Counted from the first letter of the stretch, positions 26,030-40,759 are shown. The stretch is 64,000 bases of DNA from Octopus sinensis (GCF_006345805.1 NW_021833423.1:15285-79284); one strand, 5' to 3'. A program made the numbers and translations. The notes: generated by a model from the sequence alone, not told the origin.

Positions 26030-26262
26030 TCCCCGAGCCATAGTTTCATAAGGCCAATTTCCCGGATTTTGTAGCATAAAATATATTCCTCCTCTGGTCG
26101 GGACGCCGGTCCGTTGCAGGACTATTCATTTTTGTTGGCTGAGAGGACTGGAGCAGCGTGTAATGAAGTGTTTTGCTCAAAACTCAACGCATCAACCAGT
26201 CCAGGAATCGAAATCAAAATCTTACGATCATGAGTACAACACCCTAACCACTAAGCCACGCA
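26030..26262 (-). mobile_element. SINE family D-related, degenerate
   Basis: tRNA-like head (GCGTGGCTTAGTGGTTAGGGTG...TTCGATTCCTGG) plus the TTGAGCAAAACACTTCATT..GCTCCAGTCC block. Confidence 0.6.
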
Positions 26263-27029
26263 CTTTTACAATATCAATAATACCGTCACACAATGACCAA
26301 AAATACCAGTACCTTCCAAATTCTCGTGTCATCACAATCACCATTAGACTAGACGAGAACTACCGCAATCACCTCCACTGAACAACGTCTGTAACCACCA
26401 CGACTACAAACCTCGCCACAAAATAAAATATATACACCACAAATCACAATACTTACACCACAAAACACAATATCTTATACACCACAACCAGCACATACAC
26501 CACTACAAACACCATTATTCTCATCACCGACCAATGTACCACCTTCTCCGATACTGCTAACACGATGACTTGTATAACCCCATACCCATACCTATCTGCC
26601 GCTACTTGACATGATAACATTTCAAATCAAATCATCCGGAAATTAAACCAATTCTACCAACTTTATTATTTATTATTTATTTCTAATTCTCAATATTTTT
26701 CTACATTAATCTTCTGTTTTGATTTTGGAAGTTTCAAAGTTAACTATAATAAAAATAGAAAATGAAATAAAAGGGAAATGGGGTTAGAATTTGTGACCTT
26801 TACAGTCCCTCAAAATGTGATGAGATTGACTGATGAGTCTGCCAGGGAAAAATTGCGGACAGCGAGAAAATTCCAGTAGGTTAGGCTTCGGGTTTGAAAG
26901 GAGGATGGGATAAAATACCTGATGTGAGATCTTGGAGATGAGATACTGTAAACATGGCAAAAGATAGAAACACCAGTGTCTCTGTTTCATCTACAAGCGG
27001 TAGTATGTTCTTGCTACATACGTAAATAC

Positions 27030-27465
27030 TGGTTTCAAATTTTGGTACAAGGAGATCAATTTTAGTAAAGAGATAAGTTAATTAGATCGATCACAGTGCT
27101 CAACTGGCACTCATTTTATCGACCCCGAAGGATGAGTGGCAGAGTCGATCTCGGCAGAATCTGAACTCAGAACGTGAAGACGGACGAAATGCTGCTAAGC
27201 ATTTAGCCCGGTGCACTACCAATTCTACCAGCTCGCCACCTTAAGGTTAATAATAATAATTTCAAATTTTGCCACGGGGTCAGCAATTTCGGGGAGAGGG
27301 AAATTAGATCGGCCCCAGTGCGCAACTTGGTACTTATTTTTATCGACCTCCGAAAAGATGAAAAGCAAAGTCGATCCCGGTGGAATTTGAACTCAGAACG
27401 TAAAGACGGACAAAATGCCACTAAGCATTTTGCCAGGGGTGCTAACGATTCTGCCAGCTCACTGC
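27030..27465 (-). mobile_element. Two tandem SINE family B copies
   Basis: Two heads (ending at about 27243 and 27465), each with the GAACTCAGAACGT and ATCGACCCCGAA-type blocks. Confidence 0.75.
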
Positions 27466-27871
27466 ATTAACATACATAAATATTTTAAACAACATCGTCA
27501 ACACCTATGACTCACAGACACACCGTTTCTTCTGAACCACAATAGCTTCAACCCTTGTGAAGTAGCAAATTACATACCTCCTTTAATCACGCAAAAGCTT
27601 TTCCTTCTCACACCGCCGACTGCTAACACCTGCACAAGACACATTCCTAATCATTATTCCCCATAAATGTCAGTCTTCTGGGAACTACTCCTTGGCCTGT
27701 TTTTCTCTTCAAGCATCAACTGAAACAAAGGAATATTAAACTACCTCAACGCCACCTAGCTACGAGGCCTCAAAATTTCAAATTTCCACTCTTCGATCTC
27801 TGATTCTTATTGATAAAATATATCCTACTAGCTAGCTATCCGACGCTTTCTAAACCTCTATCAATGTGCCC

Positions 27872-27945
<74 letters not shown>

Positions 27946-28238
27946 TTGTCTGTCTATCTATAGCTCTCAGTTCATAGATCTATCTGGCAAACTCTCTTCC
28001 CTTCTCTCTCCATTGTGTAAATGCGTGTGTGTCTGTGTGTGTCTGCGTGCGTGTGTTGACATACTAACAAAGTATTAATACATGTATTAATGTATTAATG
28101 TACGTTTATGTTTTCGAAGTCGATGATTCATTCCATCGCTACTCAAAATCTCTCTCTCGCTCTCTATATCTCTCTCCTCTTTCTCTCTCTCTCTTTCCCC
28201 CTCTCAGTATGTACGACACACACACGCGCATATATTCA

Positions 28239-28303
<65 letters not shown>

Positions 28304-28362
28304 GTATGTTTTTATATGTATGTTTGTATATAGTATTTGAAGTGGTGTACAGATATTTATAT

Positions 28363-28586
28363 TGAGAAAAAGAAGCAGTCAGAATTTTGGATAATTCTTT
28401 ATAAGCGCTTTCGTTCGTTTAACCGAACTCTTCAAGACAAAAATTAAAACCAATTTGGTTTTAATTATTGTTTTAATTTTTTTTTTATATATATTTCGGC
28501 TTTAATTTTTGACTTGAATAGTTCACTTAACGAACGAAATCGCTAATAAAGAATTATGCAAAATTCTGACTGCCTCCTTTTTCTCA
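28363..28586. repeat. Imperfect inverted repeat (arms about 86 bp) with an HHR-like motif in each arm; probable PLE pLTR fold-back
   Basis: 28363-28448 is the approximate reverse complement of 28501-28586. The left arm on the minus strand reads aatttttgtc TTGAAGA gttc-ggttaaac-gaac GAAA gcgc TT ataaagaatt. Confidence 0.65.
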
Positions 28587-28954
28587 CTTCCCGTCTACCA
28601 AAACTACTTCACAAATCTTAGAACGCCCCAACGTTATAGTAGAAGTCACTTGACCAAAATGCCACGCAGACGGACTGAACCCGGAACCATGTAGTTAGGA
28701 AGTAAACTTCTTACCACAAAACCACACGTTGTAGGTTTTGAGAGTAGTTGATTGACTCCAGTATTACTAATGTGGTACTTTATTTTATTGACAGCAGTAA
28801 GATAAAAAGGTTCTTCCTAAAAGGCCTACATTTCATATACTATGTGACCAACGACTCCTTTTTCAGATGACTGTAATTTACTGTAATCTACTAATTTGAA
28901 ATCCACTATAATCTACGTATGACCTTCGTTACGGAGAGAATACTCACAATGGGA

Positions 28955-29135
28955 TACTCTTTTACTTGTTTCAGTCATTTAACAGTGGCCATGCTGGAGC
29001 ACCACCTTTAGTCGAGCAAATGGACCCCAGAACTTATTCTTTGTAAGCCTGGTACTTATTATATCGGTTTCTATGGCAAACACACCAGCATCGGTTGTCA
29101 AGCGATGTTGGGGGGACAAACATAGACACACACAC

Positions 29136-29167
<32 letters not shown>

Positions 29168-29325
29168 CGACGGGCTTCTTTCAGTTTCCGTCTAGTCTAC
29201 TACATCCACTCACAAGGCTTTGGCGGCCCGAGGCTATAGCAGAAGACGCTTGCCCAAGGTGTCACGCAGTCGGACTGAACCTGGAACCATGTAGTTCGTA
29301 AGCAAGCTACTTACCACACCGCCAG
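28955..29325 (-). mobile_element. SINE family A
   Basis: Homologous to 198-600 with a small internal deletion. Confidence 0.8.
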
Positions 29326-29589
29326 TTTTAATAATATTAAAAGTTTTCGTTTATTGCTAAACTCGCTCTTTTTTTTTATGCTTCAACAAGATATATTATA
29401 CCCTGCTTCAAACATAGACACTTTGCTTTATATTCATTTTGTCTTTTTCAAGAGCAAGAAATCACAAGTATTGTTATTCATATGAAGTAAAGATCATTGT
29501 TTCCCACCTCTCAACCCTAAACCCTGAGCAGCTTGCACCAACGGCCCTCACGGTCATTCCAAATGTTAAACTTTAATATCATTGAAGAT

Positions 29590-29870
29590 CTCTCGTGAAG
29601 AAAGCCATCTCTCCACATAACTATGAAAGCATCTCACAGAGTGGATTTTATCTTCAGGGTCAGAAAGTATTTCAACCCTCAGCATTTATTGATATCTCAT
29701 GCTCCCTTCAGACGTCTTTCCTTGCAACAAATTAACTTAATCATCAGCGGTACAAAAGTTACAGGTTTCGAAGAGCCAGAGAAGGCCACAGACATTACAC
29801 TACTCTCCAGACCCAATAATCAAAAACGTAAAATGAAGGTAGCTCGCGATTATACAAGGACCTAACAGAA
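29590..29870 (+). pseudogene. Degraded LINE RT C-terminal fragment (CR1/Jockey group)
   Basis: KASHRVDFIFRVRKYFNPQHLLI resembles the KAxxxLGxLxRxxxFFxxxxLLxLY post-RT motif. Confidence 0.4.
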
Positions 29871-30205
29871 TTCACGGACACACAGTGCATGCAACAAAGT
29901 CCTTCTCCCTACCCAGTAACAACACGCATTTTGCGCTATTTGTAGGACAACGAATATTACCTTATATTTTGGTAACGTTAGTTTTCTATAATATAAGAAA
30001 TACTATATATATAACAAAACAAACAAAGTTTTAAGATATATAAGGACAAGCCTTATACGTAGTTTTGAAGAAAATAATGATTTTATACATTTTTTGAAAT
30101 GGGAAACCGACTACCGAATCACCCTGTGCATAAATACATACATATATAGATGAAAAAATGCATACATGCGTATGTTTCTATCTCTAAGGAACTGATATAT
30201 ATATA

Positions 30206-30255
<50 letters not shown>

Positions 30256-30259
30256 TGTA

Positions 30260-30290
<31 letters not shown>

Positions 30291-30870
30291 ATATATATAT
30301 ATATAACTTATATATGTATTATACACACACACACACATATATATATATATACATATGTGTGTGTGCGTGTGTGTATGCGTGTGTGTATGCATGTAATTAT
30401 GTATATGTATATTTATATGTGCGAGTGTATATAATTAGACATAAACACACACACATGTATGTATATATATATGCATATATATGTGTATGTGTGTGTATGT
30501 GTGTGTTATAGAATGCATAAAGAATCTCTCTCTATCTGTCCCTCTTTATTTCTCTCTATCTCTTTCTCTTTCTCATTCTTTCTCTGTCCTTCCCTCCCTC
30601 CTCTCTCTTTCTCTCCTTTTTCTTACTCCCTCTCTCTCTCTCTCGCCCTCTCTCACTCTCTCTCACTCTCTCTCTCTCTCTCTGAATCGTCTTATTTTCC
30701 CGTGAACCCTTATTCTTCTCAGGAGTAGTAGGTTATTGCCTGTACAACACAGAGCCATGTCGTCATGTTTTCCATTCTTAGATCTAGAATGAGAAAAAAT
30801 ATAATATAATTATTATCATTACTGTAAATAATATTAAATAATAATAATAATAACAATAATAATAATAATG

Positions 30871-30926
<56 letters not shown>

Positions 30927-30984
30927 GGTTTGGTATATTTTCGTTTTGTCCCAAAATAATTCTAAGGATATATTTATATATATT

Positions 30985-31026
<42 letters not shown>

Positions 31027-31150
31027 CATACATATACATATGTTTATATATATATACACATAAACACATATGTATTTCCAAAAAATGTATATTAACACTT
31101 ATATGTGTGTGTGCGTGTGTGTGTGTTTGCGTGTGTGTGGATAGATAGAC

Positions 31151-31207
<57 letters not shown>

Positions 31208-31748
31208 CAGGCATACATAGATTATTAGAAACATTCCCTTTAAGATGCTTCATACATACAAGCATACATACATACATGCACATCTATATGCGCATATAGA
31301 CGAATACATGTACATGCATATACACACACATATAAATATACGCCTATACTAATTTAGATACATATAAATATACATATATAAATATACATATAAATATGCA
31401 AATATACATACAGATACATGAATATATATATATATATAATATTATATAAATGTATATATACATACATGCATTCTGCAATGCATCTTCCTGTGAATTTGTC
31501 ACGAACATTCGTTATTTATAGAAACACACAATGTTTCATAATGCAATATGCTTGAACTGAAAGACACAGCGCAAAAGAAATTATTACATTAAATTCTGAA
31601 GCATACATACGTCTCCTTCTCTCTCTCTCTCTCTCTCTCTCTCCCTCTCTCTCTCCCTCCCTCTCTCTTTCTCTTCTTCTCTCCTTCTCTTGCCTTCGTT
31701 CTCAGTTTCTTTCGCTCTCGCTCTCAGTTTGGTCTCACACGCGCAAAT

Positions 31749-31790
<42 letters not shown>

Positions 31791-31800
31791 TATATATTAT

Positions 31801-31844
<44 letters not shown>

Positions 31845-32980
31845 GTATATCTGTGTATGTGCGAGTGTGCTTGGCTTGTGTGTGTGTATGTGCCTGCATG
31901 TGTGTGTATGAGAGAGACTAACACATACATAATTATTAGCAAATTAGGGATCTGAAGAACGTGTGGCCTTGAATTCAATTTCTGTTTTTGCTTGAAATTT
32001 GTTGTGCTTCGTTTTTTTTAACCTGACTTTAGTTTAAGCATAAACTCCCTGAAATTTCAGAAAAGGCATAGCTGTTGTGCTCGTGTTCGTTTGGTGGTGG
32101 GTTCGATTCTACCTAGGCCTTGTGTTTTGTCTTTGACTCTGGCACTTCATTTCCCGTTGGACTAGTACAATCAGCTGCAAAACTGTATTTTGGAGGTTAA
32201 CTCTCTTTCAGATTGGTTTTCTGTCAGCGGGGATTCTTGTATTTACAGCCTATAATCTTGGAAAATCTGGCTAAATCTCACCTGATGAATCCGTAGGACT
32301 GAGACAAAAGCATATTGAACACGAAGTGTAATATTCCAAAATATATTAAATTGAAGATCTGTAGCTTATTAGATTATTTCTGGCTATTTAATTCTATGTA
32401 ATAGAGCCTGGCTTAGTATATAGGACTTCTGAACTCATGATCGTAAGATTGTTGTTTCGATTCCTGAATTTGGCAAAGCGTTGTGGTCTTGAGCAAAACA
32501 ACCCCATCCCACTCAGCTGGCAAAAATGAGTATTTTTGCAACAGTCTGGCGTCCCGTCCTGATGGGGTTTTTTTTCGTCACAGAACCATAGAAGTAACTT
32601 TATGAGCCTATGGTTCGGTAAGGACTTTTACTCTCACCCCACCCCTTTGTTATTTAATTTCATAATATTGAACACATTGAAGATTATCTTTAAAAAAAAA
32701 AAGTATCTATTGAACCATTATAACGTGAAGAACACATTAGCTACTGGAACAAAAATACCAAACCTCTTAATTTCACTTAAACTTTTTATTATTTGGTGAC
32801 AAATCTTTTGTCCCACTTACTGCAACTTGGACAGTTGAACGGCTAATATGTCTTCCACGCGATGAGTTAAGGCTACCAATCCCACAGACTACGGGTGGAT
32901 TTTGAACTCAGAACGCAAAGATCCATAATGAATGTTACAATATATCCAGTCCGACGTTAATACAATTCCACCAATCCACA

Positions 32981-33344
32981 TGGAAGCACTCCGTCGGTTA
33001 CGACGACGAGGGTTCCGGTTGATCCGAATCAACGGAACAGCCAGCTCGTGAAATTAACGTGTAAGTGGCTGAGCACTCCACAGACACGTGTACCCTTAAC
33101 GTAGTTCTCGGGTATATTCAGCGTGACACAGAGAGTGGCAAGGCCGACCCTTTGAAATACAGGTACAACAGAAACAGGAAGTAAGAGTGAGAGAAAGTTG
33201 TGGTGAAAGAGTACAGCAGGGATCACCACCATCCCCTGCCGGAGCCTCGTGGAGCTTTAGGTGTTTTCACTCAATAAACACTCACAACGCCCGATCCTAT
33301 GACCGCGAGTCCGCTGCCCTAACCACTGGGCCATTGCGCCTCCA
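32981..33344 (-). mobile_element. SINE family C with 12-bp TSD
   Basis: Reverse-complement homolog of 13151-13537 with the B-box segment deleted. The TSD CACCAATCCACA is at 32969-32980 and 33345-33356. Confidence 0.9.
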
Positions 33345-33794
33345 CACCAATCCACAGCACATATGGAGAAAAACCAAAGTTCACGTTGATGGAATTCGAA
33401 TTCAGAACTTATTCTGTGAAATATTTTATTCTGTCATCTAACGACTCTGCCAATTTAGGACCTGAAACGCAAAATAAATCTTCATTGCCGCCATCAGCTT
33501 GCGACTCTGACTTCATAGCATGTTTCATAATTTGTTTTTTTTTTCTTTTTTAGAAGTCTATGCAAATCGGGAGCAAACATAACGCCCACACACTTGATCT
33601 ACCATTGAGGATGTGATAGCTTGTTATGAGAAAAAGTGGTCATCACCATACTGATTTTCAGCTTAGTGCTTTGTTGAAAGGTGCAAGGTTTAAACACGGG
33701 CCAAGGTTTAAAGCCGCAGTTTTATGTACGTCAGCTTAACATGCTAACTACTAAGTTTCATACCTTCACAAATGGCGAATATGTACTTCGTACC

Positions 33795-34001
33795 TTTTAC
33801 TTATTTCAGCCATTGAACTGCGACCGTACACGGACATCGCTTTGAGAAGTCTAATCGAACAAATCGACTTCAGAACTATAGATCTGATTAGCAGAATTGC
33901 TGAGTTACTCAGACGTAAACAAACCACAACCAGATGTCATGCGGTGGGTATGTGACAAACACATAGAAAGATACACACATACATATGTGCACATATGTGT
34001 G

Positions 34002-34051
<50 letters not shown>

Positions 34052-34245
34052 TATACACATATATGTATGTATGTATATATACGAACACGCGCGCATGACT
34101 GGTTTCCAAAAAGTCTCTCAACCAAATTCACTCACAAGTCATTAGCTATAGTACAAATATAAAAGAATGGTGCACTAGAAGACACTTACCCAAGGTGCCG
34201 CGCAGTGGGACTGAACTCGAAAGTGTGTGATTGCAAAGCGAGCTT
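33795..34245 (-). mobile_element. SINE family A, degenerate
   Basis: TAGAAGACACTTACCCAAGGTGCCGCGCAGTGGGACTGAAC and tail blocks are recognisable. Confidence 0.65.
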
Positions 34246-35077
34246 TGTTTATAAAACGTACTAACATGAACCTGTTCAAAAATATCGCTCGGCGGAATTC
34301 AAATTAGAATATAAAAGAAAGCATAATTCATCAATTATGCAATTTAATTGCTGCCGACGTCTTTGTTTTCTTCCTTTGTTTTTATTACTAAAATGTTATT
34401 GTAGTTCATGGTTTGCTCTTGTTGTTAACGTCTCTGCGCTGCTGCTGTTGAGCTGATATTTTTTGTTATAGATGGTGTTATATTTAATTTTATATTTGTT
34501 GTTGTCGACGCATATTAAATTCATTGTGGTTGTTGTTGTTGTTGTCACAGTTGTCGCTACTATTGTTGTTGCTGGTGATGATGCTGTTATTTTTAGCATC
34601 GTTGTTGTAATTAATGAGAAATTTGTTTTTGATGTTCCTGTTTTTTGTGTTTTTTTTTTGCTGTTGCTCTTTAATCTCTTAGGATGTGTCAAATGGCAGA
34701 ATCGTTAGAATGATGGTTATAATTACTTGCATTATTTGTTTCACTTCTCTACATTTTTAAGTTCAAATCGCGCCGATATCGACTTTGCTTTTCATTCTTC
34801 CGGAGTTGAACCATCTACCTCAGTACTTGAGATTTACTTGAAAACATCAAGTACCACTCAAATGCTGGGGTCGATATCAGTGACAGTTGATCAATACCAA
34901 CATGCAATGAACCAGCATAGTAGAATAGAGTCCAAATTCCTGCCCAACTGTGGCGGCTCCGCCTATATTTGTCGATGGTCGATGTGACACACCAGTTGGC
35001 ATACACTATCGTCACAACATAATCTTATACCACATCCAACACACGTACACGCAGACACACACGTACACGCACGCAGG

Positions 35078-35108
<31 letters not shown>

Positions 35109-36427
35109 GTGTTGGACTTTCTTCTACGAATGAGAGCTGAAGCAAGACACAAGTATACAAATGTAATTCGATGTTTTGATGTGTCGCTTCATATGAAAGT
35201 AGTTCAGACCTATCCGAGATTTGCAGATCTGGTTGCTGACGCTGTAGTAGTTATCTCCGGCATTTGGTGATAGATGGGACACTTCTCTTTTCTGATATTG
35301 ACCCCACTTTGAACAAAAGCATTCCGGATGTGAGTCATTTTCTTTTTCTTACGTACAGAGAAACCAGAGCTATATCATGTGATCTGAGGGAGATTAGGTT
35401 GCTTGCTTTTTGCACGTCTGTTAGCAAACTGAATAACGAAGATAGTGAATTTTAGCCCGGTGTTTTATAGGTACTGCAGCGAGCTATAAATGTCACTGTG
35501 TCTACCAGACTATTAGATGTTTTTATACTCGCTGATCACAATGCTCTTCCTCGCATTACAATAGCTTTCGAATGATGCCACCTCGCAGGGTAAGCAGACT
35601 GGTCAATATCCCCATCAAACGGAAACCCAGTCCATCGTGAAGTTACCCATTTGCAATTAAGTGGAGGAACATGAAATGAATTATTTTTGCTCATGTACCC
35701 AAACTCCGCCGGTCTGGAAATCGAAACCACGATCATCAGATCGTGAGTGCAGCATCTTTACCATTTGGCCAAGCGCCCTCACATTATAAATGATTTTCTG
35801 CGTATTTATGTAAACAGCGGTAGCAACTTCGAAGGTAATTTAGTGGTTTTTTTCAATATTGTGTATTACTGAGGCAAGATAACTAGCAGAGACGTTAGAG
35901 TGTTGGACAAAATGCTTTGTGAGCGTTCCTCCGGCTATCTACGCTCTGATTTCAAATCCCGCCGAGGTGAACTCTGCCTTTTAACTTTTCGAGGTTGATA
36001 AAATAAAGTATCAGCCATGTTTTGGAAATTACAGAATTGACTGAGTTTTATATCAAGCAGCTCAAACGAGCGATCAAATACATGCTACATTTTTGGACTC
36101 TAAAGTTGAATTTGTTGGTTTGCCTAAGTCAAACCAGAAGGAGAAGGCCAATTGGAAAAGCAATCATTCCATTCATAACCAATCCTAACTTGTTTTCAAG
36201 TATAGTGCATCTAGGACTATATTGTACATTATACCTTCCCTTAAAAAATTTAGTTTTGAGGGGAATTTTTGCTTTTTATGCGAAAAGACAAAGTAGCTAC
36301 AACCACTCTGGTTTGTTCTAATATATATGTCTTGACGTATTACAGCTTATGATGATGGTGATTATAATGTTGATGATGATTTTGGCTCATGTTTGTGCTG
36401 TTATCGTTCATTATTTACATATGTAGA

Positions 36428-36820
36428 AGGCGGTGAGCTGGCAGAAACATTAGCGCACAGGAAGGAATGCTTAGCGGTATTTTCTTTGCCGCTACGTTCT
36501 GAGTTCAAATTCCGCCGAAGTCGACTTTGCCTTTCATCCTTTCGGGGTCGATTAAATAAGTACCAGTTACGCACTGGGGTCGATATAATCGACTTAATCC
36601 TTTTGTCTGTCCTTGTTTGTCCCCTCTGTGCGTAGCCCCTTGTGGACAGTAAAGAAATAGGTATTTCGCACGTCGCTACGTTCTGAATTCAAATTCCACT
36701 GAGGTTGACTTTGCATTTCATCCTTTCGGGGTCGATAAATTAAGTACCACTAAAACGCTGGAGTCGATGTAATCGATTATCTCCCTCCCCAAAATTTCAT
36801 GCCTTGTGCCTATAGTAAAA
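36428..36820 (+). mobile_element. SINE family B, dimeric
   Basis: GGCGGTGAGCTGGCAGAAAC head with two body units. Confidence 0.85.
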
Positions 36821-37848
36821 TGAATTATTTCCATCTGCAGAATCGTTACCTTTCAGCATTTGTTCTAACTCTATAAGTTCTGAGTTCACATCCGTCCGAG
36901 GACAACTATACCTTTGTCTTTCCGAGAATCGATAAAACAAAACAGTTAAATACTGTGCTCGATTAAATCGACTAATAACTCCTTACAAAATTTCAAACCC
37001 TGTACCTAGAAAGAATTAGAAAGATATAATTAAAATCCTTTTAAAAGCAGAAAAATTTGCCGGCAAATTTTTCTGTTTTTAATAGGATTTTATCTTTTAT
37101 ATATACTGTTCAGTATTTACGTGTTGAAAAAAGATATCATTCTACTTGTTCTACAATACATTTCAACGCTTCAAAACAAATTTATGTTTGTTTGCATATG
37201 ACGTCATCTAGAAAGAGTCATTTCCATCATTTACTTTTGGTATTATTGAGCTTTGTCGTTAAAGCTGACAGAATCGTTAGCACATCTGACAAAATGCTTA
37301 ACGGCATTTCTTCCAGCTCTTTAAGATCTGAATTCAAATTCCACCAAAGTCGAATTTACCTTTTTATCTTTGCGGGGTCGATAAAAAAGTACCAATTGAG
37401 TAATAGGGTCGATGTAATCGACTTTACCCAGTTATTTAAAGATTGCTGGCCTTATATTTAAAATTTGAACCCATTTAAGGCGGAGCACTGCGGCATTTTT
37501 CCTAGTCTTACGGTCTGAGTTCAAATACCGTCGAGATCGACTTTGCCTTTTATCCTTTCGAAATCGATAAAATATGTACAAGTTGAGCATTGGAGTCGAT
37601 GTAATTGACTAACTACTGCCCCAGATTCCAGGCTTTGTTGCTAAAGTAAAAATAATTATTGCGTTTCATAATTGATATTGTTACTTGTCGACTTTTGTTC
37701 TATTTTTCTGTTCCGACCTTTTTTCACTGTTTCTCGTTCTTATTCATTCTTTTGACGTCGTTATTGCTGTTATCGTAATTAATCTTTCGTTGTTGTCGAT
37801 GCTACTGACGTAACTGGCGTTGTAATTATTTCAATATATGGAGCTGTT

Positions 37849-38660
37849 AAGGCGGCGAGCTGGCAGAAACGTTAGCACACCGGGCGAAGTGCTTAGCGGT
37901 ATTTCGTTTGCCGTAACTTTCTGAGTTCAAATTCCGCCGAGGTTGACTTTGCTTTTCATCCTTTCGGGGTCGATAAATTAAGTACCAGTTACGCACTGGG
38001 GTCGATATAATCGACTTAATCCGTCTGCCAGTCCTTGTTTGTCTCCTCTGTGTTTAGCCCGTTGTAGGTAGTAAAGAAGTAGGTATTTCGTCTGCCGCTA
38101 AGTTCTGAGTTCAAAATCCTCCGAGGTCGACTTTGCCTTTCATCCTTTCGGGGTCAATTAAATAAGTACCAGTTACGCACTGGGGTCGATATAATCGACT
38201 TAATCCGTTTGTTTGTCCTTGTTTGTCCCCTCTGTGTGTAGCCCCTTGTGGGCAGTAAAGAAATAAGAAACGTTAGTATGTCGGGCGAAATGCTTAGCGG
38301 TATTTCGTCTGTCTTTACGTTCTGAGTTCAAATTCCGCCGAGGTTGATTTTGCCTTCCATACTTTCGGAGTGGCTAAATAAAGTACCAGTTGCATATCAG
38401 GGTCGATGTAATTGAGTGGCCCCCCTTCCCCCAAAATTTCGGGCTTGTACCTAGAGTAGAAAAGAATAAATAGCGCTGGTAGAATTGTTACCAGGCCGGA
38501 AAAATTGCTTAGCGGCATTACGTTCTGAGTTCAAAATCTCCCGAAGTCGATTTTGTTTTTCATCCTTTCGTGGTTGATAAAATAAATGTCAGTTAAACAC
38601 TACGATCCAGGTAATCGACTTACCGCTGTCCCCAAAATTGGTGGTCGTATACCAAATTTT
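37849..38660 (+). mobile_element. SINE family B multimer (3-4 body units)
   Basis: GGTATTTCG units begin at about 37898, 38082 and 38299, and a fourth degenerate unit starts near 38480. Confidence 0.85.
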
Positions 38661-38783
38661 GAACCAGTATAAGTAACCGTCGATTAATACTTACCAACTC
38701 CATCGGCTCCATATAACATACATAAGCCATAACATCAATACTACCCCACAAACAACATGCCCAGATAATTATTCCAGTACACA

Positions 38784-38852
<69 letters not shown>

Positions 38853-39158
38853 TGGAACTAACAGTCGTAAATGTGAAAACATAGGTGTGTATCTGTACAC
38901 AAAAAACTATGTACATATATATGTATACAAACACTCATACAAGCATAGATATATAATATCTCGGTCGTTCTCTCCTCTCTCTCCTTCTCTCGCTTCCACT
39001 AGTAGTAGTAGTAGTAATAGTAATATATATATACATGCACACAGATTTATGGGTGTACATACATGTACATACATGCATAAATATGCACAACCTATTAAAT
39101 GTGCACACATTTGTAGACACACACACATATACGAGTGCGCGTAAACGTATACATATAC

Positions 39159-39189
<31 letters not shown>

Positions 39190-39367
39190 GAAAAAAGTGA
39201 AAGGGGTTTGTATGCGTGTGTGTGTGTGTGTGTACACACCCATCTTATATCCTATCACAGAGATACACATATAGGTACACAAAGAAACATATAAACAGTT
39301 ATATAAGTACACTCAAATAGATATGAAAGGTGTGATAAAAGTAAAACACCGAACACTGCCTATTATC

Positions 39368-39398
<31 letters not shown>

Positions 39399-39609
39399 CC
39401 ATCATCGTCATCATCATCATCATCGTCGTCAACATTATCCCCATGCAGACCCAGCCCAGCTTCCTACCCCACAAACCTTTACACATACTTCTCTCCCAGT
39501 CTTCATAACACCATCGGTGTAAACTCAATTTACTCTGCACTGATTCAAGATTAAACTCATCTCTTTTGGCATTCAATCAAGGCTACACACGCGCGCACAC
39601 AAACGCAAG

Positions 39610-39642
<33 letters not shown>

Positions 39643-39823
39643 CACACACACACCACACACACACTCACACACACTCACACACGCAAACACACACACTCAC
39701 ACACACTGAAGCATATGGTTAATGCTTCAATTAAACATACTTATGATAATGTATATTTGTGTGTGTATACCTATATCAATCTCTCTCTCTCTCTCTCACC
39801 CACTCTCTCTCTCTATCTATCTA

Positions 39824-39864
<41 letters not shown>

Positions 39865-40687
39865 GTGTGTGTGTATATATGTATTGGATATACATATCTG
39901 AATGTATGTATGTGTGTATATAAATATGAGTGTGTATATGTGTACAATATATTTCTGTGTGAGCATTTAAGTTTCCAAACGAAAGAAAAGAGTACTCAAT
40001 ACATTTATAGAGTATCCAATTGAAAATCTAGTAGTGAATTACTCCTTTGTTACTCAGAGTTTCACACGAAAGCTATACCTGCGGTCTCAGACAATTTATG
40101 GTGAACGAATCAGCAACACTATAGACTGAACCAAAGCGGTTAAAATAACTCATGTGATCGAATGTGAAGCAGGTGAAAGGTGTTGATGACTCGAGTATTT
40201 TGAAGTGAATGAAGACCATCGATTTCAAACGTATAGTGAAATATCAAATAAGAATAATCACACTACGTTTCTCATTGGATCGATAGCTATTAAACCCAAT
40301 CCTTGGATTTTGAGGTGTCTGCACGCTGTCCAGGAGGAAACTCGTTCGATGATGTGTGTTACGTTTTATACTTGTTTCTGTCATTGGACAGCGGCCATTC
40401 TGGGCCACCACCTTGATGGATCTCCTTAGTCGAAAAGATCAATCCCAGTACATATTTTAAAAAAAATATATAACTGGCACTTATTATATCGATCACTTTT
40501 TCCGAATCGCTGTGTTATGAGGACGTAAACAATCCACTACCGGTTGCTAAGCGGGGCAGGGCAGATACAAGCACCAAGACATGCACCCGTGTGCACACAG
40601 CACACAGCTATGACTTCTGCCTTTGACTGCTAATTGCCTCCATGACTGTTTCAGAAATATATATATATATATATATATACAGAGAGA

Positions 40688-40759
<72 letters not shown>

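Noticed and set aside
29513-29526. AACCCTAACCCT telomere-like repeat
   Set aside because: Only two units, which is expected by chance.
32280-32325. CTGATGA followed by a short hairpin
   Set aside because: There is no GAAA/UH arrangement or stem I, so it is not supportable as a hammerhead.
37849-38660. CRISPR-like regularly repeated blocks
   Set aside because: The spacers are homologous to each other (SINE multimer), the context is eukaryotic and there are no cas genes.
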